A stretch of 64,000 nt of DNA from Terriglobia bacterium (GCA_965218585.1 CBDCLE010000003.1:32001-96000), one strand, 5' to 3'. Shown: positions 1-11,284, numbered from the stretch's first letter. Notes: generated by a model not told the origin, from the letters alone. A program made the numbers and translations.

Positions 1-2
1 CT

Positions 3-839
3 GCCCAGGAATGGGGTGCCGAGCGCTCCATAAATCAATTGACCGAGCACGTGTATCGCTGGGGTGCCGACGGGCAGAATGGAATGTTCGTAGTTACATC
101 AGAGGGGATCATTCTGGCAGATGGTCAGTACTGCGACAGGGGTCACGTCTCCTGGCTCAAATCAGAGCTCGAAAGCCGCTTTGGCGTGCCCGTCAAGTAT
201 GTCGTCCTGAGCCACGACCATCAGAGCCACATTTGCGAAACTGGAATGTTTGCCGACACAGCGGTTGCGATTGGTCACAGAAACATCGTGCCGCATATCA
301 TCAGGGAGGGCCGAAACGCCCTGGTACCTGAGATCACCTTCGAGGAGTCAATGGACATTGAGTTGGGCGGCGTGAAGGTGGTCTTGCTCTACCTTGGCCC
401 GCTCCACAGCGACAACTTGATTCAGGTCCATGTGCCGGAGGAGGGCGTGTTGTTCGGGCCCGACTTTGCCCGGGGGACCAATATCTTTCCCGATTTTCGT
501 GATATGGACGTCGACAATATGCTGAAGGCGCTCATTACTGCAGGCTACATGCCCGATGTAGAGATCGTTCTGCCAGGGCACGGCCAGCTCAAGACCCAGG
601 AGAATTTCATCGTGTACCGGCGCTACCTCGAGGCTATCAGAGAGCGGGTGCTCGAGCACCTGGTGGCTGGCAGATCTCTCGAACAGATTCATTCGCTGGT
701 CACGATGGAGGATTTCCGGGGGGAGTACAACATCACCGACCAGAGCCTGAGAAACAACGTCGACTCGATGTACGACTACTTGTATCGTTATCGGGAACCC
801 AACAATCCGGGCGGGTTTCCCGTAAGGGCGGTCAACTAG
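3..839 (+). CDS. MBL-fold metallo-hydrolase (5' partial, degenerate HxHxDH)
   Basis: Frame is open from the window edge (AQEWGAERSINQLTEHVY). Motifs SHDHQSH, GPLHSDN, LPGHG. Confidence 0.8.
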   Translation, partial: AQEWGAERSINQLTEHVYRWGADGQNGMFVVTSEGIILADGQYCDRGHVSWLKSELESRFGVPVKYVVLSHDHQSHICETGMFADTAVAIGHRNIVPHIIREGRNALVPEITFEESMDIELGGVKVVLLYLGPLHSDNLIQVHVPEEGVLFGPDFARGTNIFPDFRDMDVDNMLKALITAGYMPDVEIVLPGHGQLKTQENFIVYRRYLEAIRERVLEHLVAGRSLEQIHSLVTMEDFRGEYNITDQSLRNNVDSMYDYLYRYREPNNPGGFPVRAVN

Positions 840-850
840 TAAACGTGACG

Positions 851-2004
851 ATGCCCGACAGTTTCAGGGACATACAGACGAAGGTCATCCGAAGCGGGGA
901 ACCCAGCCCTCGGATCGGCGGCGCGATCACGATGCCGATCTTCCAAACAGCCATGTTTGAGTATGGCGGTGAGGCTGGATACGATGAGATTCCCTATATC
1001 CGGCTCAACAACATGCCGAACCAGCAGGTGGTTGCAGAGAAGATCGCTCGACTGGAGAACGCTGAAGCGGCCGTTGTGACGTCGAGCGGCATGGCCGCCA
1101 TTTCGACTGCCCTGCTTACGTTCCTTTCCGCAGGAGATCACCTGCTGGTCCAGGACAGCCTCTATGGAGGTACCCACTATCTAATTACGGAAGATTTTCC
1201 GTCCTTCGGCATCGATTTCGATTTCGTCGACGGATCCGATCCGAAGTCCTGGTCCGATAAGCTGCGGCCGAGTACACGAGCGATCTACCTGGAAACGATA
1301 TCCAATCCTTTGCTTCGCGTTCCCGATATCCGAGCCGCTGCAGAGTTTGCAAGCTCCAACGGGCTGGTGTCGATGATTGACAACACCTTCGCCAGCCCAG
1401 TCAACTTCCGTCCCTCCGAAGTGGGCGTCGACCTGTCGCTCCACAGCGCAACGAAATATCTGAATGGACACTCCGATATCGTCGCGGGAGTGTGCATCGG
1501 ACGCGCTGATCTGGTAAAACGGATCACCGTAGGCTCAATCATCTCGGCGGCTCACTTGATCCTCATGCCGCTTTCCTCTTGCACTGCGGCGTCAAGACAT
1601 TGGTGGTACGTGTGGAACGCCAGAACGCGACGGCTTTGAGCCTCGCGCGGCTGCTGGAAGGGCACTCCAAGGTTGCACGTGTCCATTACCCCGGACTGGA
1701 AACCCATCCAGGATATTCGATCGCGACCGATCTCTTTGAAGGATCGGGAGGCATGCTGAGCTTCGAACTGACAGGCGGAGCAAGTGCCGCAGAGCAATTC
1801 GTGGAAAGGGTCCAACTACCAATCAACGCAATCAGCCTGGGAGGGGTGGAGACGCTTATCACGCGACCTGCGATCACGACGCATTCTGCGATGACTGCCC
1901 AGGAGCGTCAACAGTTGGGTTTCCCCGACGGCCTGCTGCGGGTGTCCGTCGGCATCGAATCTGAGGCGGAACTAGTTGACGACTTCGAGCAAGCGCTCGG
2001 TTAG
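851..2004 (+). pseudogene. Cys/Met metabolism PLP enzyme (cystathionine gamma-lyase/synthase family), 1-bp frameshift near 1528
   Basis: SSGMAAI, IDNTFASP, HSATKYLNGHSD (PLP Lys), SLGGVETL, LLRVSVGIE. Adding one C near 1528 joins 851-1530 to RLNHLGGSLDP...-2004. Confidence 0.85.
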
Positions 2005-2114
2005 CGCTTTGAGCCCTGTTCTGAAATATTCGTCCCGGGGAGTACGGGAAATAGCTGCTGGTTCCCGGTTCCCCTGATTTACACGCTGCCAGTCAGCATG
2101 GGAGGAAACGCATC

Positions 2115-3155
2115 ATGAAAACAGTACTCATCATGAGAACGGTGTTCTTCGGTTTTGTCCTGTTCGGATTCCTCGGCTCGGCCAATGCCCATCACTCGTT
2201 TGGCTATCACTTCGATCCCGACAGGGTAGTGAGCTTTTCGGGGACTGTCAGAGAATTCAGGTTCATCAACCCGCACGCCCAGGTCGTCGTGGATGTGAGG
2301 GGTGCGAACGGCCAGATGGAAACGTGGAATTGTGAGTTCAGAGGCGCCAATGGCCTGGCCAGGACCGGGTGGAGAGCGGACACGTTCCAACCGGACCAGG
2401 CGGTCGAGATCACCGGCTTCGGTGCAAGACGAAACCCGAGACAATGCTATTTCGACTTCGCGCTCCTGGCGGACGGCACTCGTATCACTCACGACGACCC
2501 GATCGGGAGCGATCCGTTTTCCGACGGCGAAGCTGTTCGAGTTGCAACGAGAGAGGGTGATGTGCCGAATTTCGACGGAGTCTGGGGAAGACCGGCGGGT
2601 GGTGGCCGCGGCCCTGCGCCCGGAATGCCCAACCGGTTCGCACGTGTGCTGTCGGGGGCGGGCCAGCGAGCGCTCGAAGGGTATGACCCCATCGTCGACG
2701 ATCCGTCTATTCAGTGCAACCCGGTCAGTCTTATGCGTCTTTGGGGCACGGGCAACCCGACCCAAATCACCCAGGAAGGCGATGTGTTCACGATTCATCA
2801 CGAGTGGATGGACGCAGAGCGTCCGGTGTATATGGGGATGTCCGAGCATCCCGAAGGCATAGCCGATCGTGTCCTGGGACATTCGATCGGCCGGTACGAA
2901 GGTTCGACGCTCGTCATCGACACGGTGGCTTATGAGCCGGGCGTGCTGTTTCAGTTCCCGGGTCTTCCTCACAGCAACCAGTTGCATACGGTGGAGCGCT
3001 TAACTCTCGCCCAGGATGGCCGGACCTTCCAGGTCAGCTGGACCGCAGAGGATTCGGAATACTTCACTGAACAGATATCGGGCTCGTCGCGTCCCTTACA
3101 ACGCCTGAATACGTCCCTGCGACCTTACGACTGTACCCATCCGGAGGTCGATTAA
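2115..3155 (+). CDS. DUF6152-family secreted protein with C-terminal partner domain
   Basis: Signal peptide then AHHSF, NPH motif; C-terminal GHSIGRYEGSTLVIDT and YDC. RBS GGAGG. Confidence 0.75.
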   Translation: MKTVLIMRTVFFGFVLFGFLGSANAHHSFGYHFDPDRVVSFSGTVREFRFINPHAQVVVDVRGANGQMETWNCEFRGANGLARTGWRADTFQPDQAVEITGFGARRNPRQCYFDFALLADGTRITHDDPIGSDPFSDGEAVRVATREGDVPNFDGVWGRPAGGGRGPAPGMPNRFARVLSGAGQRALEGYDPIVDDPSIQCNPVSLMRLWGTGNPTQITQEGDVFTIHHEWMDAERPVYMGMSEHPEGIADRVLGHSIGRYEGSTLVIDTVAYEPGVLFQFPGLPHSNQLHTVERLTLAQDGRTFQVSWTAEDSEYFTEQISGSSRPLQRLNTSLRPYDCTHPEVD

Positions 3156-3176
3156 ACATCAGGAGGTTTTGGGTTC

Positions 3177-3608
3177 ATGCACAGCACTTTGACTCGTGGG
3201 TCAGCAATGGCCCTTGGTCTTATTTTGATGTCGGCATCCGCCCTCGCACATCATGGAGATGCCGGCCGCTATGAGGACACCCTGACCACGGTTTCGGGGA
3301 CCCTCCTGGAGCTTCAGCTCATCAATCCCCATTCATTCCTTTTGCTCGAGGTCACCGAACCCAACGGAAACATCGTCCGGTGGAAGGGAGAACTGGGCCG
3401 TCCTAACGCTTTGAGAAGCTGGTGCTGGGACGAGGATGTTATCAAAGCGGGAGATCGGCTCACTATCGTCGGCCGGCGTCGCAAGAACGGCCAACCGTAC
3501 GTGAGCCTCTCGGAAGAAGCCCGGGTGATCGATGCGAATGGAAAGGAGATCTTCCGCGGCAACGAACCGGGCCAACGCCGCGAACCCGGCCCATGCGCGG
3601 GGCAGTAG
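3177..3608 (+). CDS. Single-domain DUF6152-family protein
   Basis: Signal peptide ALA-HHG, INPHS, W-x-x-E; RBS AGGAGG. Confidence 0.75.
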   Translation: MHSTLTRGSAMALGLILMSASALAHHGDAGRYEDTLTTVSGTLLELQLINPHSFLLLEVTEPNGNIVRWKGELGRPNALRSWCWDEDVIKAGDRLTIVGRRRKNGQPYVSLSEEARVIDANGKEIFRGNEPGQRREPGPCAGQ

Positions 3609-3640
3609 ACCCCAAGGTGCGACCCGGTGCCGCAGGGTTG

Positions 3641-5176
3641 ATGAGTAGGGGAAAAGTTTTGGCCGCCGCACTGCTTGTGGTGGCAGCCTACGCCGACGAG
3701 GGCGGAACCGAAGCAGGAACGTCCCTGGCGCAGACCTCCGCGCCCGCGTGGACCGAGGTGGGCTACATCAAAGCTTCGAGCCCGGGTGCGGGAGACGAAT
3801 TCGGATACGCGATTGCCCTCAGCGATGACGGCACGACGCTCGCCGTCGGCGCTCCGATGGATCCCAGTTCGGCCATCGGCGTCCATGAGGACGATCCCGA
3901 CCCGACCGATGACTCCGCTTACAGTTCGGGCGCCGTGTACGTTTACGGGCGCTCGGGCGACGGTTGGTCCGCCCAGGCCTTCATCAAAGCCTCCAACGCC
4001 GGCTCGAACGACCAGTTCGGTTCCGCCCTCGCCCTGAGTGCGGACGGCAACACGCTGGCCGTGTCCGCGGTCTTCGAGGACAGCAGCGCTACCGGTATCA
4101 ACGGGGATCAGGACGACAACTCACTGAACCAGTCTGGCGCCGTATACGTCTTTACGCGTGTGGGGACCACCTGGTCCGAGGACGCCTACGTTAAAGCCTC
4201 GAACACGGGTGAAACTGGAGAAGGAGACACGTTCGGCTACACGATCGCTCTGGGCGACAATGGCCGCACGCTCGCGGTGGGAGCCCCGGGTGAAGACAGT
4301 GCAGCCAGCGGAATCAATGGCAACGAGTCGGACAACTCGGCTATCGCCGCCGGGGCCGTGTACGTGTTTGGCCGACGTAGCGATGGGACGTGGTCGCAGC
4401 AGGCTTATATCAAGAGCTCTAACCCGGGTGAGTACGTTCTGTTCGGCTACTCAGTCGCACTCAACGGGGGCGGCGGCACTTTGGCCGCGGGGGCGTACGA
4501 CGAAGACGGAGGGAGAGGGGCGGTCTACATCTTTATGCGGAGTGGTGATCGGTGGTCCGAGCAGGCCCGCCTCGAGGCCTCGAACGCGGAGCGTGGAGAC
4601 GCGATGGGAGCGTGGGTTGCCATCAGCGATGACGGCAACAACGTGGCCGCAGGGTCAGCTGACGAAGACAGTTTTCTCACCGGAGTCAATCCAGGCGATC
4701 AGGGCGGCGGGGATCAGACGACGAATACCTCCGCCGGGGCCGCTTACGTGTTCGCCCATACGGGGAACAGGTGGTCGCAACAAGCTTTTGTCAAAGCCTC
4801 GAACGCCGGACATGAAGACTGGTTCGGTGTCCGCCTGGCCCTGAGCGGCGATGGCAACACGCTGGCTGTCGGTGCGCCCAACGAAGACAGCGTGGCTACT
4901 GGCCTCACCGGGAATCAGGACGACGACTCGGCACAGGAAGCCGGCGCGGTTTACGTCTATACGCGTAACGGTGGCGCCTGGGCCCATCAGGTTTACCTCA
5001 AGGGCTCAAACACGGAGCAATTCGACGAGTTCGGCAGTTCCCTCGCTCTCAACCGGGACGGCACGATGCTTGCGGTGGGAGCGCGATTCGAAGACAGTAC
5101 CGCTGGAGAGGTCAACCTCAACGAGCCCGACAACTCGGCTCCCGACTCCGGCGCAGCCTACATTTTCGTGCGGTAG
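3641..5176 (+). CDS. FG-GAP / integrin-alpha-like beta-propeller repeat protein
   Basis: Repeated units YIKASN..D.FG..ALS.DG.TLAVGA..ED....GAVYVF; ATG at 3641 gives a signal peptide. Confidence 0.85.
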   Translation: MSRGKVLAAALLVVAAYADEGGTEAGTSLAQTSAPAWTEVGYIKASSPGAGDEFGYAIALSDDGTTLAVGAPMDPSSAIGVHEDDPDPTDDSAYSSGAVYVYGRSGDGWSAQAFIKASNAGSNDQFGSALALSADGNTLAVSAVFEDSSATGINGDQDDNSLNQSGAVYVFTRVGTTWSEDAYVKASNTGETGEGDTFGYTIALGDNGRTLAVGAPGEDSAASGINGNESDNSAIAAGAVYVFGRRSDGTWSQQAYIKSSNPGEYVLFGYSVALNGGGGTLAAGAYDEDGGRGAVYIFMRSGDRWSEQARLEASNAERGDAMGAWVAISDDGNNVAAGSADEDSFLTGVNPGDQGGGDQTTNTSAGAAYVFAHTGNRWSQQAFVKASNAGHEDWFGVRLALSGDGNTLAVGAPNEDSVATGLTGNQDDDSAQEAGAVYVYTRNGGAWAHQVYLKGSNTEQFDEFGSSLALNRDGTMLAVGARFEDSTAGEVNLNEPDNSAPDSGAAYIFVR

Positions 5177-5264
5177 CAACATTGGACAGTTCGCTCGTTC
5201 CCTCGCCGAGGGCGACGAACTGGAAAGGCAATAGGGTGGACTCTCTCCAAGATTGATCGATCTA

Positions 5265-6326
5265 TCAATCGGTCAGGAAGTGATACATTCCAAGAACGTT
5301 CAGGCCGACCCACCCGAAATCGGCCCAGTGACTGTACTCCTCCATCTTGATATTTCGCTGCATCTCCTCCAAAGACTGACCTGCGGCGATTCCAACCGCA
5401 ACCTGGTCTCGCAGCTTTTCCATGTATTCCCGCCACGCTCGGACGTCTTCCCGGGTACCGACCGGCCCGTGGCCTGTCGCAACGAAATCAAAGCCTGTGG
5501 CCAGCTGTTCCGCTTCTATGATCGCGGCCATCCACTCTTCGAACATCCCGAGTTCGTAGTCCATTTCCCTGTTCGGAACGCGCCCGAACGTGACGTAGTC
5601 GACAATAAACATCACATCGTCGTCGGGAAACGTGATCATGCTTGAATCCGTTGAGTGATTCATCTCGCCAACCCATGTCATGTTCACCCGTTTGCCGCCC
5701 AAGCTGATCTGAATCTTGTCTGTATAGGTGATGTCCGGGGTGCGGACGAAGCTCACGGGTCCGCGCCGAACCTCCGCGCCACTGAGCACGCCGTCTTCGT
5801 TCGCATCGAATCCGGCAAACTGACTTACATCCGAGCCAGGGAAGCGACGAAAATCCTCCCCCACCTCGCTCTCCTCGACGGTGCCGTTGCCGTTGGTATC
5901 CATCGCCGCCACGGGTGCATACTGTCCGACTACCTGGGACAAGGTGGTCAGAGCCGGTGGCATCGCCAGGTGCGACAGCATGTTGGTATGACCTACAAAC
6001 CGGGCGGTTTCTCCGAAGACCTCTCCACCAGAGGCGTGGTCCCAGTGGTAGTGGCTGTAGATTACGTATCTGACCGGGACCCCGAAGCGGCCGTCGAATT
6101 CCTGCTTCAGCCACGTCGCGAAATCAGTATTGATCGGGTCCGCAAGAATAATGCCCTCCTCGGTGACCAAAAAAACGGTGCCGTGGTTGTTGTTCATGGC
6201 CCTGTAGACGCCACCGGAAATGTGACTGATGGACCAATCCGGTGCCGATTGGCTAAGGCCCTCGGACCGAAGTACTACGGCCGCGACTAAGCTCAACAAA
6301 ACCATTTTTGTCGTGCTGCTACGCAT
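5265..6326 (-). CDS. Secreted MBL-fold metallo-hydrolase with paired EF-hand insertion
   Basis: SHYHWDH and TGHG; EF-hand-like loops DTNGNGTVEESE and DANEDGVLSGAE. Confidence 0.8.
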   Translation of the reverse strand: MRSSTTKMVLLSLVAAVVLRSEGLSQSAPDWSISHISGGVYRAMNNNHGTVFLVTEEGIILADPINTDFATWLKQEFDGRFGVPVRYVIYSHYHWDHASGGEVFGETARFVGHTNMLSHLAMPPALTTLSQVVGQYAPVAAMDTNGNGTVEESEVGEDFRRFPGSDVSQFAGFDANEDGVLSGAEVRRGPVSFVRTPDITYTDKIQISLGGKRVNMTWVGEMNHSTDSSMITFPDDDVMFIVDYVTFGRVPNREMDYELGMFEEWMAAIIEAEQLATGFDFVATGHGPVGTREDVRAWREYMEKLRDQVAVGIAAGQSLEEMQRNIKMEEYSHWADFGWVGLNVLGMYHFLTD

Positions 6327-6389
6327 CTGGGTCTCTTCACTGGTTAGCAAGACCGCGCTATGCGGCTCTTTCTACTTCGCTCGAACTCG

Positions 6390-7418
6390 TTAACCGGGGA
6401 CGGTACATTCGTAAGGCTCTACTTGTACATCAGGGAGCCACAGCCATTGCTTGTCCAGCACTACCGGCTCTGTAAAATTTGCCGCGTCTCGAATCGTCAT
6501 TGTCAAATCCAGGCGGCTGCCATCCGGGCTGGGAGTGAAGCGCTCCTCGATCTGGGCGGCCTCACTCTGCGGTATGCCGTCGTTGTGGCTGAAGTAAGGC
6601 CAACTGATCCCCGTTGTCGTTACAACCAGCGTCGGGCCCTCCCAGTGCCCGATGGAGTACCCCAAATCAGTGGGCGGGGGTTGGTCCCGGCCCGGTTCAG
6701 CGTCCAGGGGTATTCGGCGAACGATGTCGTATTCCTCCACGCGAAGCAAGATGACCTGATCCTGGGCGACAAACTCCATCGGATAGGGTTGCGACATGAT
6801 CGAGGGCATACCTTTCGGTGCGCAATCGAGAATCGGACTGTCGTCCACGGGATCGAACGCCTCGAGGGCAGCCCGTGCGGTGGCCGTTAAGGGATAACCC
6901 TCGTTCCAGAAACCATTTCCGCCGGATAACGAGGTGCTCCACACTCGGAAGATACCGCTCTCCGGATCCGACGTGTCGCCCACCTCGGCGAGCCAGGTTT
7001 CCGACGTCCCGATTGTTTCGCCTTCCCATCTCAGTGCCGATCCGGGACTCAACAACACTTCCTGCGTGTCCGGCAACAGCATATTTCGGGCAAATAGTTG
7101 GTTCCCCCGGCGCCTTGCCGGATTGCCGGCGATCCGGATCCTTTCGCCGACCCTGAGGACATCACGTGAGACATCCATCCGCCGTAGAATACTCACGGAG
7201 TTCGTTTCAATTCTCCAAAGTTCTGTCTCGCCGCTATCTGTTGTCACCGCGACTATGAAAAGCACGTGAGGGTTTTGCCAGCTGATCTGGGTGACTTCTC
7301 CTTCGACCTCGATGATGTTACTTACGTCGAAGTTTGCGCCAACGCTGTGGTGCGCATAGGTCGTACCAGGGATGCAAAGAAGTCCCCAAAGAAGTAAAGT
7401 GCCTGCTCTACGTATCAT
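6390..7418 (-). CDS. DUF6152-family secreted protein with C-terminal partner domain
   Basis: AHHSVGANFD, WQNPH, CAPKGMP, GYSIGHWEGPTLVV, PYEC. Confidence 0.8.
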   Translation of the reverse strand: MIRRAGTLLLWGLLCIPGTTYAHHSVGANFDVSNIIEVEGEVTQISWQNPHVLFIVAVTTDSGETELWRIETNSVSILRRMDVSRDVLRVGERIRIAGNPARRRGNQLFARNMLLPDTQEVLLSPGSALRWEGETIGTSETWLAEVGDTSDPESGIFRVWSTSLSGGNGFWNEGYPLTATARAALEAFDPVDDSPILDCAPKGMPSIMSQPYPMEFVAQDQVILLRVEEYDIVRRIPLDAEPGRDQPPPTDLGYSIGHWEGPTLVVTTTGISWPYFSHNDGIPQSEAAQIEERFTPSPDGSRLDLTMTIRDAANFTEPVVLDKQWLWLPDVQVEPYECTVPG

Positions 7419-7581
7419 CAATCCCCCCTTTTTAAAGCCAGGACACACCTTGGACTAACCGACAACCGCTCCCAATTCTAAGAAGAAGGTTGGTCGCGAG
7501 GGCCACTGCCGACAGCCTTGCCCAAGCCCAGAACGAGATCGTCTTTTCCTGATCCATCCATACTGCACGAAGCCGCCGCCT

Positions 7582-7610
7582 ATTACGAGATGTTTGCGTA
7601 GGATGGGCAA
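7582..7610 (-). promoter_or_regulatory. sigma70-like promoter TTGCCC-N17-CGTAAT (copy 1 of a duplicated element)
   Basis: Minus strand reads TTGCCC atcctacgcaaacatct CGTAAT, about 165 bp upstream of the 7418 start; near-identical copy at 13411-13439. Confidence 0.5.
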
Positions 7611-8125
7611 GTCCGTCGGAAGATTGAGCTCCGGGTCTTTTCGAACTTCCTGGTAAACGTAAGAGGATTGATCGTCGCCCTACTTTTTGATCAAAATCAG
7701 ACCTCTACTGGTAGGCCGTTGCGTGCCCACTCGGCGTAGGATCCATCATACAGACGGATATCGTAGCCGCAGTGCTGCAGGGCCAAGTAGCCCACAGATG
7801 CCCGTAATCCGGTTCGGCAATACCCTACGATCTTGTCTTCTCGTCTGATACCGGCAGCACTCAGCAGTTGCTCTACCTTCTCTTGCGGGGCAAGGACCTC
7901 TTGCTCTGCACCGACGAGGTCTTGCCACACAATATTTACTGCTTTGGGGATGTGGCCGGGTCTGTCGTCGGGGTCCAGCTTGCCGGAGTATTCGTCCTGG
8001 CTCCTAAAGTCGATGAGCTTTAACCCCGGCTCGGTCTGGACGTCGTCTAAAGTAGCCCTGATCTTCGGGTTCACGTTCGTCGTAAATTCTTGGACCGCAG
8101 ATGTGACAGGTTTGTAGAAAACCTC

Positions 8126-9490
8126 GAGGTCGTTCCAATCGGTGTGTAAAAAGAGAAGGCGGTGTACGCTTTCGGTGAATTCGAAACCGTAAGCAATCCC
8201 GGCAGCAATCGGGAGAAAGGTACACCACCCATGAAGAAGAAGAACATACCGGCATCAGTGGCGTCAACGAACGCGTATGAAGGTTTGGAGGACTGGGCGC
8301 GATCCCGGGTCCAAGTCTGGCTACAGGAGCTGCTCGAGGACGAAGTCACTCAATTTCTGGGTCGGGAAAAGTTGGAGCGGAGTCCGAATCGACGAGGATA
8401 CCGGAACGGTCACGGGAAACCGCGACGCTTCGCAATGATGAACGGTACGATGGAGGTTCGACGACCTCGGGTTTGAAACACCGCCGAGCGGTTCGAGAGT
8501 CAGATCCTGCCGTATTTTCGACGGAAATCGAAACAGCTGGGCGAGCTACTTCCCGATCTCTACCTCCACGGTCTGGCCACAGGGGACTTCGAGCAGGCCA
8601 TGCGCGGACTGCTTGGCGCTGGCGCTCCGTTGTCGCGAGCATCGATCCAACGACTGAAATCGACCTGGCAGTTGGAGTATGACGAGTGGGTCCAGCAGGA
8701 CCTGTCCGGCCTCGAGGTCGTGTACCAGTGGGCAGACGGCTTGTACGTGAAAGCGGGGATCGCGAAAGAGCGAGCGGCATTGCTGGTGATCATCGGAGCC
8801 TTGTCAGACGGGCGCAAAGTGGTGTTGGCCTGTGAGAGCGGGCAGCGGGAAAGCAAGGAGTCCTGGAGCCGCATTCTGCGCAATCTCCAGAGACGGGGCC
8901 TGAAGCTGGGACGGCTGACTGTCGCGGACGGTCACCTGGGCATCTGGTCCGCGCTGGCCGAGCAACAGCCCCAGGGCCAGGAACAACGCTGCTGGAACCA
9001 CAAGTCGATCAACGTGGTCGATCATCTGCCGAAGACCGAGCAGCCCGCGGCCAGACAGCTGCTTCATGGGATGGCCTTCGCGAACTCCCGCGCGGTCTGC
9101 GAACGAAAGCGGGATCAGTTCGTCCGCCGATATGAGAAGAACTATCCCAAAGCGGGTGAGACGCTGTTGCGGGACTGGGACCGGATGATTACTTTCTATG
9201 AGTTCCCGAAACAACACTGGGTGCATCTTAGAACGACCAACATCGTCGAATCGCCCTTCGACATGGTTCGCCTCCGCACCAACGCCGCTCGCCGATTCAA
9301 GCGTGTCGAGAATGCAACGGCAATAATCTGGAAGCTACTACGTGTCGCTGAGAAGGCTTGGTGACACTTAAAAGGATCCGAACTCTTACAAGAGGTCTAT
9401 GATGGTCAGCAATTCGCTGACGGCATCAGAGTCGTGATGAAATCGAAGGCCGCCGCCTGATGACTTTTACACACCTTTTGTAATGACCTC
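8126..9490 (+). mobile_element. IS256-family insertion sequence (1365 bp)
   Basis: Imperfect TIRs GAGGTCGTTCCAATCGGTGTGTAAAA / GAGGTCATTACAAAAGGTGTGTAAAA; 8-bp TSD AAAACCTC at 8118-8125 and 9491-9498. Confidence 0.92.
8231..9460 (+). pseudogene. IS256 transposase with two in-frame TGA stops (8474-8476, 9362-9364)
   Basis: GYRNGH, WADG, VADG, QRCWNH, LRTTNIVES motifs all in one frame, broken only by two TGAs. Confidence 0.85.
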
Positions 9491-9816
9491 AAAACCTCTC
9501 GTTTCTCTGCCACCCAGCGCTCGAAAAAAACGTCGAGTACGTGTATATCAGTACAACCGAGATACTCCAGAATCCAGGCAAGCATCGCGCCGTTACGGCC
9601 ATCGTACGAATCGTAAATTACCGGGGTGGTTTGGGTATCCAGGCCGGCAGCGCCAACCCATTGTTTGAGCTTGTCCCCCGGCAAGAGTTTGGCTTCTGTA
9701 TCAAGAGCCCTGAAAGCGGGGAGATTCACGGCGTTCTTAAGGTGACCCTGAAGGTACTTCATGGGCCTCCTGGGGTCCAGCAGCCGGATGGCTGATGAAT
9801 CAACCTGTTCTTCTAC

Positions 9817-11284
9817 TACTACTGTGTTACAAACGGTCTATTTTATGTTAGCATCCGGTCATGAGCGCCAAATCGAAGGCGCCAGGCACTCAGGAAAAAC
9901 GTTTTGCGGCCTATTTGGAACGCCTGGCGTCGGCCGCAGGACACGCCGATCGTCATGAACCGTTGAAGTCGTACTGCACCGGGTTGTTGCTGCCGATCAA
10001 ACGTAAGAGTGTGGAGCCGATGGCTGCACGATTGGCTCCGGATAATGTACGCCGAATGCACCAGTCGCTACATCATCTGGTCGCGGATGCGCCCTGGGAC
10101 GATGCGGCTCTGTTGGCAGAAGTTCGACAGTACGCGCTGGGGGCGATGGAAGCCAACGGTCCGATTGAAGCCTGGATTGTCGACGACACCGGATTCGTGA
10201 AAAAGGGGACCCACTCGGTGGGTGTGGCCCGGCAATACTGTGGACAGGTCGGCAAACCTGAGAACTGCCGGGTGGCGGTGAGCCTGTCGGTGGCGACAGC
10301 GAAATCCAGCTTGCCGGTGGCATGGCGACTCTACCTCCCCGAGACCTGGGCGAAGGATCCGGAACGTCGAAGCAAAGCCGCTATTCCCGAAGACGTTCGA
10401 TTTCAAACTAAACCTCAAATTGCTTTGGAACAAATCCGGCAGGCCGTCGATGACGGCATTGCTCCGGCACCGGTTCTGGGCGATACGGCCTACGGCAACA
10501 ACTACAAGTTCCGGCACGGCATCACCGAACTCGGACTTAGCTACGTCCTAGGGGTGCAAGGCACCACGACCGTGTGGAAACCGGGCCAGGGTCCCTTGCC
10601 GCCGAAATCCTTGACCGGCCGCGGACGGACACCGACCCGCATGCAGCGCAACAAGAAACATCAACCGGTTTCGGTCAAGCAACTGGCCCTCTCGTTGTCT
10701 CCCCAGCGTTGGAAGAACGTCTCCTGGCGCGAAGGCACCTCCGAGACCCTGCGTTCCCGTTTCGCCGCAGTTCGCATTCGTCCCGCTCATCTGGATCACG
10801 AGCGCCACTCGCCGCATCCGAAAGAGTGGTTGTTGGTCGAGTGGCCCAAGACCGCATCCGAACCGATCCGGTACTGGCTCTCCACTCTTGGGGCCCATAC
10901 CTCGCTTTCCGATCTGGCCGGTCAGGCCAAACAGCGCTGGATCATCGAACGCGACTATCAGGAACTCAAGCAGGAACTCGGTCTGGGACACTACGAAGGT
11001 CGCGGCTGGCGTGGATTTCACCATCATGGCACCTTATGTATTGCCTCTTATGGGTTCCTGGTCGCCGAGCGGAGCCGTTTTTCCCCCTCTGCATTTGTCG
11101 AGCATGTTGGACTATCCGTCCCCAAACTCCCCAAACACTTCAAACCCCGCGGAACCCCGGATCCGGCCCGAACGACATAACCCCTGCTCGATTGCCACGC
11201 TTCGCATTCGCATCGCCCGCTTCCTGATTCAGCAGCTTCCTCGTTGTCCGTTCTGTGGACCGCTTCGTTTGTAACACAGTAGTA
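9817..11284 (+). mobile_element. IS701-family insertion sequence, copy 1 (1468 bp)
   Basis: Perfect 19-bp TIR TACTACTGTGTTACAAACG; 4-bp TSD CTAC at 9813-9816 and 11285-11288. Confidence 0.95.
9861..11180 (+). CDS. IS701-family DDE transposase
   Basis: IVDDTGFVKKGTHSVGVARQYCG, GDTAYG, RWIIERDYQELKQELGLGHYEGRGW. Confidence 0.95.
   Translation: MSAKSKAPGTQEKRFAAYLERLASAAGHADRHEPLKSYCTGLLLPIKRKSVEPMAARLAPDNVRRMHQSLHHLVADAPWDDAALLAEVRQYALGAMEANGPIEAWIVDDTGFVKKGTHSVGVARQYCGQVGKPENCRVAVSLSVATAKSSLPVAWRLYLPETWAKDPERRSKAAIPEDVRFQTKPQIALEQIRQAVDDGIAPAPVLGDTAYGNNYKFRHGITELGLSYVLGVQGTTTVWKPGQGPLPPKSLTGRGRTPTRMQRNKKHQPVSVKQLALSLSPQRWKNVSWREGTSETLRSRFAAVRIRPAHLDHERHSPHPKEWLLVEWPKTASEPIRYWLSTLGAHTSLSDLAGQAKQRWIIERDYQELKQELGLGHYEGRGWRGFHHHGTLCIASYGFLVAERSRFSPSAFVEHVGLSVPKLPKHFKPRGTPDPARTT

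Noticed and set aside
8474-9364. IS256 in-frame TGAs as selenocysteine
   Set aside because: They fall at likely Arg positions, not Cys or redox motifs, and I saw no convincing SECIS-like hairpin.
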